A stretch of 64,000 bases of DNA from a virus (Duplodnaviria; Caudoviricetes): positions 11,575 through 75,574 of the IMG/VR virus record IMGVR_UViG_3300033073_001074. The stretch is one strand, 5' to 3'. The position numbers were made by a program, and so were the translations under genes. Shown piece after piece: positions 1-8,522 of this stretch. Positions within the stretch are counted from its first letter, which is position 1. Each line of letters starts with the position of its first letter. The notes beneath the pieces were generated by a model, which was given only the letters and a program-made list of their open reading frames with translations, had not been told where the DNA came from and ran no database searches.

Positions 1-813
1 GAACAAGGCAATGCCTACAATCAGTTTAACCTACAAATTCCATATAATTTTGCAGGTAATGCAACTGTAAGTTCAACGGTAATTAGCACATTTCTTTGTC
101 CAACAAATGCCCTTGAGTCAGACAGAAACAGTGGCAAAGATAGCATTGGCTTTGGATGTATTGACTATGCAACAGCGCCTTACACCGAAATCATGCCTAA
201 TGGCACAACTAAGTGGCAAGCTGGTTATGTCGCTCCAGTTCCAGAACCCGGAGCTTTAACAGGAACATCATATGCGGTTTCAGCTTACGCTCAATATAAT
301 TGTAATGGATGCTCGTCATCTAAGACATATCAAATTGACCCAGCAAAAGTTCTATCTGGAGCAGTTGATGTTTTCCAAGGGGTTCCCATTTCTGCAATCA
401 CAGACGGCACTTCGAATACTGCAATGTTTTATGAGGATACTGGTCGATCTTCAAGAATGCAAGGTAATGGTAATTACGCAGCCCCACCAACCGATTATTT
501 GCCCGACTTGAATGCTCCAGCACCTTATGTTCAAGGCGCTCGTCGCTCATGGAGATGGGGCGATCCTGACAATGCCGCTGGTGTTTCAAGTGGAGTTAAC
601 AATAATAAGACCGCTGGATTTGGAGCTGGTTGTGATTGGGGTGTTCATGATTGCGGCCCAAATAATGAGATTTTCTCATGGCATCCGGGTGGAGCTAATG
701 TTTGTATGAGTGATGGATCTGTACGATTTATTAAAGAAAGTACTGCAACGTCAGTTATTCGATCTTTAATTACTCGTGCTGGCGGCGAAGTGATTTCCGC
801 AGATTCCTATTGA
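1..813 (+). CDS. DUF1559 / prepilin-processing-associated H-X9-DG domain protein (5'-truncated by window)
   Basis: Frame 1 is open from base 1 (EQGNAYNQFNL...STFLCPT). The C-terminus FSWHPGGANVCMSDGSVRFIKES...LITRAGGEVIS matches the H-X9-DG signature of the Planctomycete DUF1559 family. Confidence 0.9.
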   Translation, partial: EQGNAYNQFNLQIPYNFAGNATVSSTVISTFLCPTNALESDRNSGKDSIGFGCIDYATAPYTEIMPNGTTKWQAGYVAPVPEPGALTGTSYAVSAYAQYNCNGCSSSKTYQIDPAKVLSGAVDVFQGVPISAITDGTSNTAMFYEDTGRSSRMQGNGNYAAPPTDYLPDLNAPAPYVQGARRSWRWGDPDNAAGVSSGVNNNKTAGFGAGCDWGVHDCGPNNEIFSWHPGGANVCMSDGSVRFIKESTATSVIRSLITRAGGEVISADSY

Positions 814-838
814 CAAATAATGCACTCAGTGCTATAAT
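810..838 (+). promoter_or_regulatory. Consensus sigma70 promoter with extended -10
   Basis: TTGACA (810-815), 17 nt, TATAAT (833-838), preceded by TGC; overlaps the DUF1559 stop codon. Confidence 0.85.
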
Positions 839-842
839 AAAA

Positions 843-870
843 GGAGCCGCCCCATTTCGGGTGGCTCTTT
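843..870 (+). terminator. Probable intrinsic terminator hairpin
   Basis: GAGCCGCCC-CATTTC-GGGTGGCTC stem-loop followed by a short T tract, downstream of the DUF1559 gene. Confidence 0.6.
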
Positions 871-891
871 CCGCATATACAGAGGTAAATA

Positions 892-1263
892 ATGATTGAT
901 TTCTTAAAACAAGATGAAATTTTTGTCTTTGGTAGCAATATTCAAGGACGACATGGTGCAGGAGCAGCTAAGCAAGCTATGCAATGGGGCGCAATTTATG
1001 GTAAGCCATCTGGTAGGCAGGGTCAAACATACGCTATCATAACAAAAGATCTCAGGGATAATTCATTTGTAGGCTGGGATTTTGTCAGAGAACAACTGGC
1101 AATATTGATGAAGTACGCGCATATAAATGATGATCTTACTTTTTTGCTAACTCCTATTGGAACTGGTCTTGCTGGTCAAACAATTGAAGACTTGGAGCAT
1201 AATATTAGAGATTTTTACTTTCCAGATAATATTATAAAGATATGGGAAAATGATAATGATTGA
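892..1263 (+). CDS. Macrodomain-like phage protein (A1S_2505-like)
   Basis: IFVFGSNIQGRHGAGAA and LLTPIGTGLAG resemble the two phosphate-binding loops of macro-fold proteins; SD GAGG upstream. Confidence 0.6.
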   Translation: MIDFLKQDEIFVFGSNIQGRHGAGAAKQAMQWGAIYGKPSGRQGQTYAIITKDLRDNSFVGWDFVREQLAILMKYAHINDDLTFLLTPIGTGLAGQTIEDLEHNIRDFYFPDNIIKIWENDND

Positions 1264-1453
1264 ATATGTACCAATCAGAATAGCAAAAACAACTCAGCAA
1301 ATCCTAAGAGAAGTTTATAAAGATATAGATATAAATGAATCTCGATTATCTTTAATTGAAAGAAGTTTACTTGGATTGCCACCAGAAAATCACAAAGATA
1401 TACTAGATCAAATTTTTGAGGAATATAATAATGCTACTACAAGCTCCAATTAA
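1250..1453 (+). CDS. Hypothetical protein
   Basis: 67-aa ORF overlapping both neighbours in operon fashion. Confidence 0.5.
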   Translation: MIMIEYVPIRIAKTTQQILREVYKDIDINESRLSLIERSLLGLPPENHKDILDQIFEEYNNATTSSN

Positions 1454-2495
1454 CAGCTTAGGATATGGTGTTGCGGGATATAATATTGCAAAACAATTAG
1501 GAAAGAAGAAGGGTGTTGAAGACTTTACTCTTTTTCCCATTGGTCAACCTGAACCAGAACTGTATGAAGAACTATTAAAATATGACTGGCGAAATAAAGA
1601 AGAAGAATTAAGTTTATCTGATATATGCTTGAAAATTTGGCATCAAAATGGATTACATGAGATGGCTGGAAGAGGAGTTCGAATCGGTTTTCCTATTTTT
1701 GAACTCAACAGTTTTACAAATGAAGAAGAGTTAAGTATTAGTAGTTGTGATGGAATATTTGTTTGCTCAGAGTGGGCTAAGGCAGTTATTGCACATGAAA
1801 CAAGAATAAATTATCATTGTATTAAAGTTGTTCCACTTGGAGTTGACCGTTCTATCTTCAACGAGAATAACAATGTAAAACGCCCAGCTACAATCTTCTT
1901 TAATTGTGGTAAATGGGAAGTTCGCAAAGGTCACGATATCATCAAAGAATGTTTTGAAAAGGCGTTTAGCCAAAATGATAATGTTGAACTTTGGATGATG
2001 TGCGAAAATCCATTCCTAGGTGAAAAAAATAACGATTGGATTAATTATTACAGGTCTTCCAGTCTTGCAAATAAAATCCGTTTCATCCCAAGACAAAAAA
2101 GTCAGCGGGATGTGTATAATATTATGAGACAAGTTGATGTTGGAGTTTTTCCAGTTAGAGCAGAAGGTTGGAATTTAGAGCTTCTTGAACTGCTATCGTG
2201 TGGTAAACATGTAATTACTACAGATTATTCTGGTCACACAGAATTTACAAATAGAAAAAATGCAAGAATCATTAATACTGGTAAGTTAGAACCTGCTCAT
2301 GATGGCATATGGTTTCATGGTCAAGGCAATTGGGCTAAACTTGGCGACCCACAAAAGGATCAACTTATTACTCATATGAGAGAACTTCATCAACAAAAGA
2401 AAGATAGTGAATTGGATATTAATTTAGCAGGAATTGAAACTGGTATTAAATTTTCTTGGGAAAATACGGCAGAGGAGATATTAAATGGGCTTTGA
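1431..2495 (+). CDS. Glycosyltransferase, GT4 (GT-B fold)
   Basis: VVPLGVD, FFNCGKWEVRKGHD and DVGVFPVRAEGWNLELLELLSCGKHVITT (E-x7-E motif). ATG 1431 chosen from SD GAGGA at 1418. Confidence 0.88.
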   Translation: MLLQAPINSLGYGVAGYNIAKQLGKKKGVEDFTLFPIGQPEPELYEELLKYDWRNKEEELSLSDICLKIWHQNGLHEMAGRGVRIGFPIFELNSFTNEEELSISSCDGIFVCSEWAKAVIAHETRINYHCIKVVPLGVDRSIFNENNNVKRPATIFFNCGKWEVRKGHDIIKECFEKAFSQNDNVELWMMCENPFLGEKNNDWINYYRSSSLANKIRFIPRQKSQRDVYNIMRQVDVGVFPVRAEGWNLELLELLSCGKHVITTDYSGHTEFTNRKNARIINTGKLEPAHDGIWFHGQGNWAKLGDPQKDQLITHMRELHQQKKDSELDINLAGIETGIKFSWENTAEEILNGL

Positions 2496-3414
2496 AACAC
2501 CAGAAGATATTCTAAAAGAATATGAAAATGGATTACAGGCGGCTGTGTGTAATGCTGTAGACATGGCTAGGCTTATGGAAGAACTGCCAAGACCTTTGTT
2601 TGGCGCAATTGGTAATGAATTATATGGAACAGGGAAAGGCTCTTTAGCTTTGCCTTATAAGGCGATACAGTATTTCTTTCCTAGTTTTGGTGCAGATGAA
2701 TCGCAAACTACAGGCGATTGCGTATCACATGCAACACGTAATGCGGTTGATGTAACAAGATGTTATGAAATTCTTTACGGGGGAGAAAAGGAATCCTTTA
2801 TCGCTAGAGGTGCTACTGAGCCAATTTATGGTTGTCGTGGACATGGTGGACAGGGCATGGAATGTTCACAAGCTGCTAGATTTGTTAGTCTAACTGGTGG
2901 ATTTTTAGCAAGACAAAAATATGATACGATTGATCTATCGATTTACGATTCAAGAATTGGAACCGCATGGGGTAGTAGAGGCATTCCACAGGCAGTTATT
3001 AATCAGTGTAAAGAGCATAAAATAGAAACAGTAACCACTGTTACAACTATTGAGCAAGCTAGGGATCTTCTGGCAAATGGTTATGCTTTATCAGTTTGCT
3101 CAGATTATGGATTCTCTAGTGTCAGAGATAAATACGGTATTGCAGATCCAAGAGGTTCATGGTCACATGCTATGGCATGGATTGGATGCGATGATACCCA
3201 CGAAAGATTAAATGAAACTTTATTTCTTGTTCAAAATAGCTGGGGAGTTTGGAACTCTGGACCAAAATATTATGAGCAACCAGATGGAAGTTTTTGGATT
3301 CGTCAAAGCGTAGCTGAAAGAATGATTGCTTCCGGAGCAGCTTTTGCTTATAGTAGATTCAAAGGCTTCGTCCGTAAGATGGATTGGACTAGAATTAAGG
3401 AGGTATATGCATGA
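2485..3414 (+). CDS. Papain-like cysteine peptidase (C1 family)
   Basis: QTTGDCVSHA (oxyanion Gln, catalytic Cys), WSHAMAWIG (His), QNSWG (Asn). Confidence 0.88.
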   Translation: MGFETPEDILKEYENGLQAAVCNAVDMARLMEELPRPLFGAIGNELYGTGKGSLALPYKAIQYFFPSFGADESQTTGDCVSHATRNAVDVTRCYEILYGGEKESFIARGATEPIYGCRGHGGQGMECSQAARFVSLTGGFLARQKYDTIDLSIYDSRIGTAWGSRGIPQAVINQCKEHKIETVTTVTTIEQARDLLANGYALSVCSDYGFSSVRDKYGIADPRGSWSHAMAWIGCDDTHERLNETLFLVQNSWGVWNSGPKYYEQPDGSFWIRQSVAERMIASGAAFAYSRFKGFVRKMDWTRIKEVYA

Positions 3415-3752
3415 AAAAATCAATAGCTTTAGCGGTATATTTGTTTGGAGCTTTGAGTTGTTTGCTATATTTAGATTATAAATCAAATCAACAAGAAGTT
3501 CAACTCTACGGATCAAGAAATGTAGAAGCAGAACTTAAGATAAATGTTGATAGAGCAAATCTAGTTCTTGACACTGTAGAGAAAAAATATATCAAAAAGG
3601 AGGTTGCTCCAAAACCTAAGCCAGAGCCAAATGTGTGTAAATGTAATGGCACAGGTTATATTTTACAGCCAGATGGTAATAAAAGTCAATGTCAATGCGC
3701 TTCAACTCCTGAAGGATGCAAGTGTCAACCAAAGACAGAGGTTCCACAATGA
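3411..3752 (+). CDS. Membrane-anchored protein with Cys-rich C-terminus
   Basis: N-terminal hydrophobic helix, PKPKPEP linker, then CKCNGTG...CQC...CKC. Confidence 0.7.
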   Translation: MKKSIALAVYLFGALSCLLYLDYKSNQQEVQLYGSRNVEAELKINVDRANLVLDTVEKKYIKKEVAPKPKPEPNVCKCNGTGYILQPDGNKSQCQCASTPEGCKCQPKTEVPQ

Positions 3753-4093
3753 GCGATATTGAAGAATTTGCACAGAATGTTGCCGCAGATCTTCCAAATG
3801 AAGATGGAAAATACGCATTTGATTTAGGATTAATAATTATAATAGGCTCAATTATAGTCAATGTGCTTCAATTATTAATGAAGTGTAATGTGTTTGGTAG
3901 AAAGTTAGAAGATAGGGCTAAAAATCCCGGCCCAATCGATCAAATTCTTTTAAGTAGAGCTATTAAAAAAGAATTACCACAAGAGTATGCTCATTTGAGG
4001 GATGATATTAAACAAGTTATCTTAACAAAAATTCAATCTTTACCGACTGAAAAAATAAACAATATGGCTAAGGAGGCAAAAAATGCTGGATAA
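3749..4093 (+). CDS. Hypothetical membrane protein
   Basis: ATG 3749 overlaps the upstream stop; one hydrophobic segment (LGLIIIIGSIIVNVLQLL). Confidence 0.7.
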   Translation: MSDIEEFAQNVAADLPNEDGKYAFDLGLIIIIGSIIVNVLQLLMKCNVFGRKLEDRAKNPGPIDQILLSRAIKKELPQEYAHLRDDIKQVILTKIQSLPTEKINNMAKEAKNAG

Positions 4094-4277
4094 ATTTAAG
4101 AATTTAACAAAGTCGCGTCGTTTTTGGGTTACGATTTCAACAGTAGTTGTTGTTGTTGCAAAAGAAGCTGGAATTGCTGATCTTGATCCAGCTCAGGTAC
4201 AAAATATTGTTATTCTTGCAGCAACTTGGGTTTTAGGTGAATCATTACGATCTTCTGAAGGTCCGGTGACACAATGA
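4083..4277 (+). CDS. Small two-TM protein, holin-like
   Basis: 64 aa; basic N-terminus KSRRFW, two hydrophobic segments, charged tail. Confidence 0.5.
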   Translation: MLDKFKNLTKSRRFWVTISTVVVVVAKEAGIADLDPAQVQNIVILAATWVLGESLRSSEGPVTQ

Positions 4278-4564
4278 GTACTGCTCAGATTATCTTGGTT
4301 GCAATTGGATTATTGATTGTGATATCTTCGATTGATTTCAAATCACTATTCTCTTCTCTTAAAGAAAAAGAGACAACAGGTTATATTCCAGTTGCACCAA
4401 ATCCGCCAGTGCAAGTTGCCATCGTTGATCCTAAAAATGATTTAGTTTCACTTGTGCAAAAATGGCAAGCCTTGAAGGATGCTTGTGATAAAAATAAACT
4501 AACAGAAGCATCAACAAAATTAGATGACATATTTCCAATGTTGATTAAGGTGCAAAAATCATGA
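4274..4564 (+). CDS. Membrane-anchored hypothetical protein
   Basis: N-terminal TM (IILVAIGLLIVISSI), Pro linker, helical C-terminus. Confidence 0.7.
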   Translation: MSTAQIILVAIGLLIVISSIDFKSLFSSLKEKETTGYIPVAPNPPVQVAIVDPKNDLVSLVQKWQALKDACDKNKLTEASTKLDDIFPMLIKVQKS

Positions 4565-5031
4565 CAAAAACCCAAAGACTATTTTTTGGTCTTGGTTTAG
4601 TATTTCTTGCATTTTTGATTGATTATATTCCTGTAAATAACAATCAAAAAATTGATAATGAATACGCAAAGTACTTGACATTAACCAAGCCAAGTGATAC
4701 AATATATCAAGAAGTCAAAGACGTTAAATCAATTGTATCTGGCCCAGACGAAGTTTTTGATAGAGAGCTTATTGCTATATTCAATAATGAAATGGCAAAA
4801 AGACTTGAAACCTACAATGGAGTAAATACACTAGCATTTGAAAACTATTATTATGATGCTGGAAAAATGTACTTCGAAGGTAGAATAGCAAAAAAATATG
4901 CTGGACTAGGAGATAAGCTATATCAAATCATCCTGTCAACACTAGGTGATAATGAGACAGTCATCTCAAAAGATGAATTTGCAAAATTATCTGAAAAGAT
5001 GAAGGGTATAGCTTGGGTCTTACTGAATTGA
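4561..5031 (+). CDS. Membrane-anchored hypothetical protein
   Basis: N-terminal TM (LFFGLGLVFLAFLI); last gene before the terminator. Confidence 0.7.
   Translation: MTKTQRLFFGLGLVFLAFLIDYIPVNNNQKIDNEYAKYLTLTKPSDTIYQEVKDVKSIVSGPDEVFDRELIAIFNNEMAKRLETYNGVNTLAFENYYYDAGKMYFEGRIAKKYAGLGDKLYQIILSTLGDNETVISKDEFAKLSEKMKGIAWVLLN
4675..4703 (+). promoter_or_regulatory. sigma70-type promoter inside CDS
   Basis: TTGACA, 17 nt, TACAAT with TGn extended -10. Confidence 0.6.
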
Positions 5032-5039
5032 AATAATAG

Positions 5040-5061
5040 TGGGGGCTTCGGCCCCCATTTT
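5040..5061 (+). terminator. Intrinsic terminator
   Basis: TGGGGGC-TTCG-GCCCCCA-TTTT (UUCG tetraloop), intergenic. Confidence 0.85.
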
Positions 5062-5073
5062 AAGAGGTTGAAA

Positions 5074-5466
5074 ATGAAACAAGTAAAGTATTATACAAAA
5101 ATATCACTTATACCGATTTTAACAGATAAAAAGCATCATCAGTTATCGCCAGACTATAGAAAAATATTAGTAGATAACGATAAGAAAATCATATCAAAAT
5201 ATTTATCCACAGAAAAAACAATAGAAGTTCTGTTACGAGATTTGTATAAAGAATATTTGAGATATGATTATGACTGGAGTTTCAAAACTATATCATCAGC
5301 AAGAAAAGTAAATACTGAAATCGAAATCTGTTATATCGCTCATATGCCATTTATAGATGGATTTAATAAATCGGGCACTATTATTAATATAAATGATCTA
5401 CATGCTTTAGAGGATAAATATTATGGTCAAATCGCCACCTTCACAACCCCAGAATTCTTTAGATGA
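5074..5466 (+). CDS. Hypothetical protein
   Basis: About 130-aa ORF; ATG 5074 with SD AGAGG. Confidence 0.65.
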   Translation: MKQVKYYTKISLIPILTDKKHHQLSPDYRKILVDNDKKIISKYLSTEKTIEVLLRDLYKEYLRYDYDWSFKTISSARKVNTEIEICYIAHMPFIDGFNKSGTIININDLHALEDKYYGQIATFTTPEFFR

Positions 5467-5758
5467 AGACGCACCATTCGCTCCGAAATCATTCATTATA
5501 TTCTGTTTGGACGAAGATGGGAATATAGCTTTTGAGGCTTCTTGGGGAGAAACCACTGAAGATATCAAAAAATTTGCCACACTCTTGAAGAAAGTATCCT
5601 CTGGAGATTTTGATACGATGATACTAGAGCAGCTCAAAAACCAATCTAAAAATATTGAAGACGGTGCTAAAAAGTTTGCATTATTCAGCAAAAGTTTTAA
5701 AGAGTTAAATAAACCTTCCAATGTAGTTATAGATCCGACAGAAGTGGAGCTAAACTAA
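5423..5758 (+). CDS. Hypothetical protein
   Basis: 111-aa ORF in a coupled operon. Confidence 0.65.
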   Translation: MVKSPPSQPQNSLDEDAPFAPKSFIIFCLDEDGNIAFEASWGETTEDIKKFATLLKKVSSGDFDTMILEQLKNQSKNIEDGAKKFALFSKSFKELNKPSNVVIDPTEVELN

Positions 5759-6174
5759 TGAAAAAAGTAATGTGGGAAAACTGGAATGAGAAAGAAAAAG
5801 AACTCTTTGACACATCATTTCAAGATCAGTATTTATTAGATACAGCAGAAGAAGAAGATGAGCAAATATTATCAATGGCAAATAAAGATGATGGACATTT
5901 ATTTCCACCAATTATTGACATGCAACCACAAGTAATTCATACTCCATTCGGAGTTGTTCCATCAGATTCTATTTTAAAACCATCAGACAGATGGGAATGC
6001 TGGCTAGCGTATACTAATTTTGATCTTACTCATAAAATATCAGATAGAATTAAAATCATTAATGGAGTAGAAGCTCTTAAAATGATGAGTAGGTATACAT
6101 TTTGTGTGGGTATTGGAAAACTGTTTAATCATACAAGAGTGAAGAAGGAAATTGAGGATGCAATCTGCAAATAA
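5758..6174 (+). CDS. Hypothetical protein
   Basis: 138-aa ORF, TAATG-coupled to the upstream gene. Confidence 0.7.
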   Translation: MKKVMWENWNEKEKELFDTSFQDQYLLDTAEEEDEQILSMANKDDGHLFPPIIDMQPQVIHTPFGVVPSDSILKPSDRWECWLAYTNFDLTHKISDRIKIINGVEALKMMSRYTFCVGIGKLFNHTRVKKEIEDAICK

Positions 6175-6676
6175 AAAGTTTAATGACGCATATAACAATG
6201 AATACTACAAAAAGATCATGAATAAAGTTTGTAAGGAGAATTTGAGGGGCGTGTGTTCAAAAGACGAAATTAAATCTTTGATGATGAGTACGTTGTGGAG
6301 CTGTATTGAAAAATTCGATAACAAGAAGAATGTCAAATTCTCATCTTACCTATATCGGAGTATGCAAAATAATTCTCGAAGAATTTATAAAAAGAAAGTC
6401 AAACAGTTTAATGAGGTATCTTTAATTGAGAATTACCACTCTTCTCTTTTTGTAGATTTTGAAGCAAAAGAAGAGGCTAGAGATATTTTGATGTCAGTTC
6501 TGGATAAAAATCCTGAGCTACATGATATTTTAATCAAGAAATATTATTACGGTATGACCAATAAAGAAATCGGTGAGGCTAATGGGTATGGAAAAGAAGC
6601 AGCAAGAAAAAAACTTAAAAAAGCGATAGAATTGTGTCGCCAAATTGTGTATACTAATGTAGGAACAGGAACATAA
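6158..6676 (+). CDS. Phage RNA polymerase sigma factor (sigma70 family, regions 2 and 4)
   Basis: LWSCIEKFDNKKNVKFSSYLY (region 2, cf. FDxxxGxKFSTY) and YYYGMTNKEIGEANGYGKEAARK (region 4 HTH). Confidence 0.85.
   Translation: MQSANKKFNDAYNNEYYKKIMNKVCKENLRGVCSKDEIKSLMMSTLWSCIEKFDNKKNVKFSSYLYRSMQNNSRRIYKKKVKQFNEVSLIENYHSSLFVDFEAKEEARDILMSVLDKNPELHDILIKKYYYGMTNKEIGEANGYGKEAARKKLKKAIELCRQIVYTNVGTGT
6646..6653 (+). promoter_or_regulatory. Candidate late-promoter motif TGTGTATA
   Basis: Same 8-mer found upstream of three - strand structural genes; here 82 nt upstream of the 6736 gene. Confidence 0.45.
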
Positions 6677-6735
6677 ATAGCTTAGGACAATAGGAAAGTA
6701 AGATTAGCAACCATATAAAGTGAGGTAACAAAGCT

Positions 6736-7374
6736 ATGGTTCCAAATCAGTCAGTAAATCCATACTTAAAGAATACCGCTGGAAGTACCTTTACAAAGCA
6801 AACTTTTGGTGGTACAATTATCGGTTTGTCTTCAGCAACATCAATTATCACCAAGGCGATTCAAGTTAAGGATGTTAATGCTAGTGATCCTACCATTTAC
6901 ACATATCCTAAGCTATTGTCTGGCGCAAGAACATATAACACAGCTAAGATTCTTTCTTCTGGCACATTCGCATACAATGCTGCTATCAACAGAACATGGA
7001 TCTTGACTCGTGTAACAACATCACTTGCTGGTGTTTCCAAGACATTCCTTCAATTCATGGCAAACGTTGGATATGCTCCTTCTATCGCTTACTATGTACG
7101 TGATAACTGGGTCGATACAACTAGCTTGATCCGTAAGATGCAACTTAGCTTCACAGGCTATGACGCATCTGGGGGCGGATATGCCAACAAGATTCAAGCA
7201 AGAACACCGTGGATCACAAGTCCAACGGGAACTGCTGGATCTGACTTCGGCACATCAAATTCTCTTCCGACAAGAGCTTATCCGGGCGAATTGTACATCT
7301 TGAATAACTTCGTAGATTACAATCCAGCTACAAGCTCAAACAAATACTATTACAAACCAATTACCGGCAAGTAA
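6736..7374 (+). CDS. Hypothetical protein, probably virion-associated
   Basis: 212 aa, Thr/Ser/Gly/Ala/Tyr-rich and low in charge; flanked by the TGTGTATA motif and its own terminator. Confidence 0.6.
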   Translation: MVPNQSVNPYLKNTAGSTFTKQTFGGTIIGLSSATSIITKAIQVKDVNASDPTIYTYPKLLSGARTYNTAKILSSGTFAYNAAINRTWILTRVTTSLAGVSKTFLQFMANVGYAPSIAYYVRDNWVDTTSLIRKMQLSFTGYDASGGGYANKIQARTPWITSPTGTAGSDFGTSNSLPTRAYPGELYILNNFVDYNPATSSNKYYYKPITGK

Positions 7375-7390
7375 TTTGTATCAATAAAAT

Positions 7391-7420
7391 GGGGGCCGGG
7401 TTTTGCCCGGCTCCTTTTTT
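7391..7420 (+). terminator. Intrinsic terminator
   Basis: GGGGCCGGG-TTTTG-CCCGGCTCC followed by a T run. Confidence 0.85.
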
Positions 7421-7439
7421 TATAACGGGGGGTGATATT

Positions 7440-7832
7440 ATGACAATGGCATGGCATGAAGTTTTACCAGCGATTGGTGATTTTATTAATAAAACAGGAT
7501 TTCCCATAGCTTTATGGGTAATAGCTGGAATGGCATTTTATAAAGTATTTAAGAAGTTTTTTCATAAACTTGAGCCAATCATTGATGCACACTTTGAGTT
7601 AGTAACTGAATTAAAAAACAGCTCAGGAAGAACTGCTGATATCTTAGAGAAACAAAATGAGATATTAGCCACAAAATTAGATGAGCATACGTCTATACTT
7701 ACAGATCATACATCGAAATTAGACAAGATTATGAAAATTAATATTGAACGAAATGAAATTCTTGAAGAAACTAAAAGTGTAATACCTTTGACAAACGGAC
7801 TTTTAGGAGCTGGAAATGGGATTAAGCGATAA
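7440..7832 (+). CDS. Single-TM coiled-coil protein (holin-like, YvrJ/BhlA-type architecture)
   Basis: FINKTGFPIALWVIAGMAFY TM followed by a helical coiled coil. ATG 7440 chosen because the ORF-track start lies in the terminator. Confidence 0.5.
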   Translation: MTMAWHEVLPAIGDFINKTGFPIALWVIAGMAFYKVFKKFFHKLEPIIDAHFELVTELKNSSGRTADILEKQNEILATKLDEHTSILTDHTSKLDKIMKINIERNEILEETKSVIPLTNGLLGAGNGIKR

Positions 7833-8001
7833 GATTATAGAAATTTTGCTTCATCAGTTTAAATTTTCCCAGTCAGACCTTGACAAAGTGAAGGCAGTGC
7901 TGGATAATATAAACGTGAAGACGGTGGATGGTAAAACATACATCGAGATACGAGTCAACAAAGTCACAGTCGTTTTAGAAGGTAATCAGAATGAGTCTTA
8001 A
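7816..8001 (+). CDS. Hypothetical protein
   Basis: 61-aa coupled ORF. Confidence 0.55.
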   Translation: MGLSDKIIEILLHQFKFSQSDLDKVKAVLDNINVKTVDGKTYIEIRVNKVTVVLEGNQNES

Positions 8002-8335
8002 TATTGGCAAGATTAGAATTACAAAAGAAATTGATCGCTACGATGGAGGTTTGACCTTTTTTAAGTTCAAACAAAACAAAACAGAATATTACGGACTATC
8101 CGTAGAATTACTAGATGAGAGAGAGGGTTTCTTAGCCTTCTCTTTATCTAAAACACTTGATGAACTTTTTGATAAAAGTAACTATAACTCAGTTGCTCTA
8201 TTCGATTTGATAAAGGAGCGAATTGATGAATTTTATTTTGTCTCATTTGAAGATGAAGACCCTGAAAGCGAAGTTATTGAATATTGTGGATTGCTTACAA
8301 AAGAAGAAGTTATTCAGCTTTACAACATTAAATAA
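7991..8335 (+). CDS. Hypothetical acidic protein
   Basis: 114-aa ORF with SD AGGT. Confidence 0.65.
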   Translation: MSLNIGKIRITKEIDRYDGGLTFFKFKQNKTEYYGLSVELLDEREGFLAFSLSKTLDELFDKSNYNSVALFDLIKERIDEFYFVSFEDEDPESEVIEYCGLLTKEEVIQLYNIK

Positions 8336-8354
8336 GAGGACAGGAAATTCTAAG

Positions 8355-8522
8355 ATGAAAATTAACATGGAAAAGCTAAATCAAACTGTAAAAAAAGAAA
8401 TTCCCAATGGTTTTTTTGGTTACTTTGAAGAGAGAGACGGGTATAATAAACTTGTCGCATACGGCACTCCTGTCAAAGATGAACTAAAGTTTTCTTGGAT
8501 TCATAAAGAATATCAACGATGA
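8355..8522 (+). CDS. Hypothetical protein
   Basis: ATG 8355 after CAGGAA; stop overlaps the next ATG. Confidence 0.5.
   Translation: MKINMEKLNQTVKKEIPNGFFGYFEERDGYNKLVAYGTPVKDELKFSWIHKEYQR

Noticed and set aside
3411-3461. Lipoprotein (o-spanin) lipobox at GALSC; likewise GFLC in 12872-13141
   Set aside because: Neither matches [LVI][ASTVI][GAS]C well, and hydrophobic residues continue past the Cys in the first; treated as TM or signal anchors.
7389-7439. N-terminal extension MGAGFCPAPFF... of the ORF-track call 7389-7832
   Set aside because: It is read through the terminator hairpin; ATG 7440 has a plausible SD (GGGGGTG).
5915-7908. Additional TTGACA-17 promoter-like sites (5915 with CATACT; 7880 with GATAAT)
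   Set aside because: The -10 lacks the conserved first T; too weak to call without TSS data.
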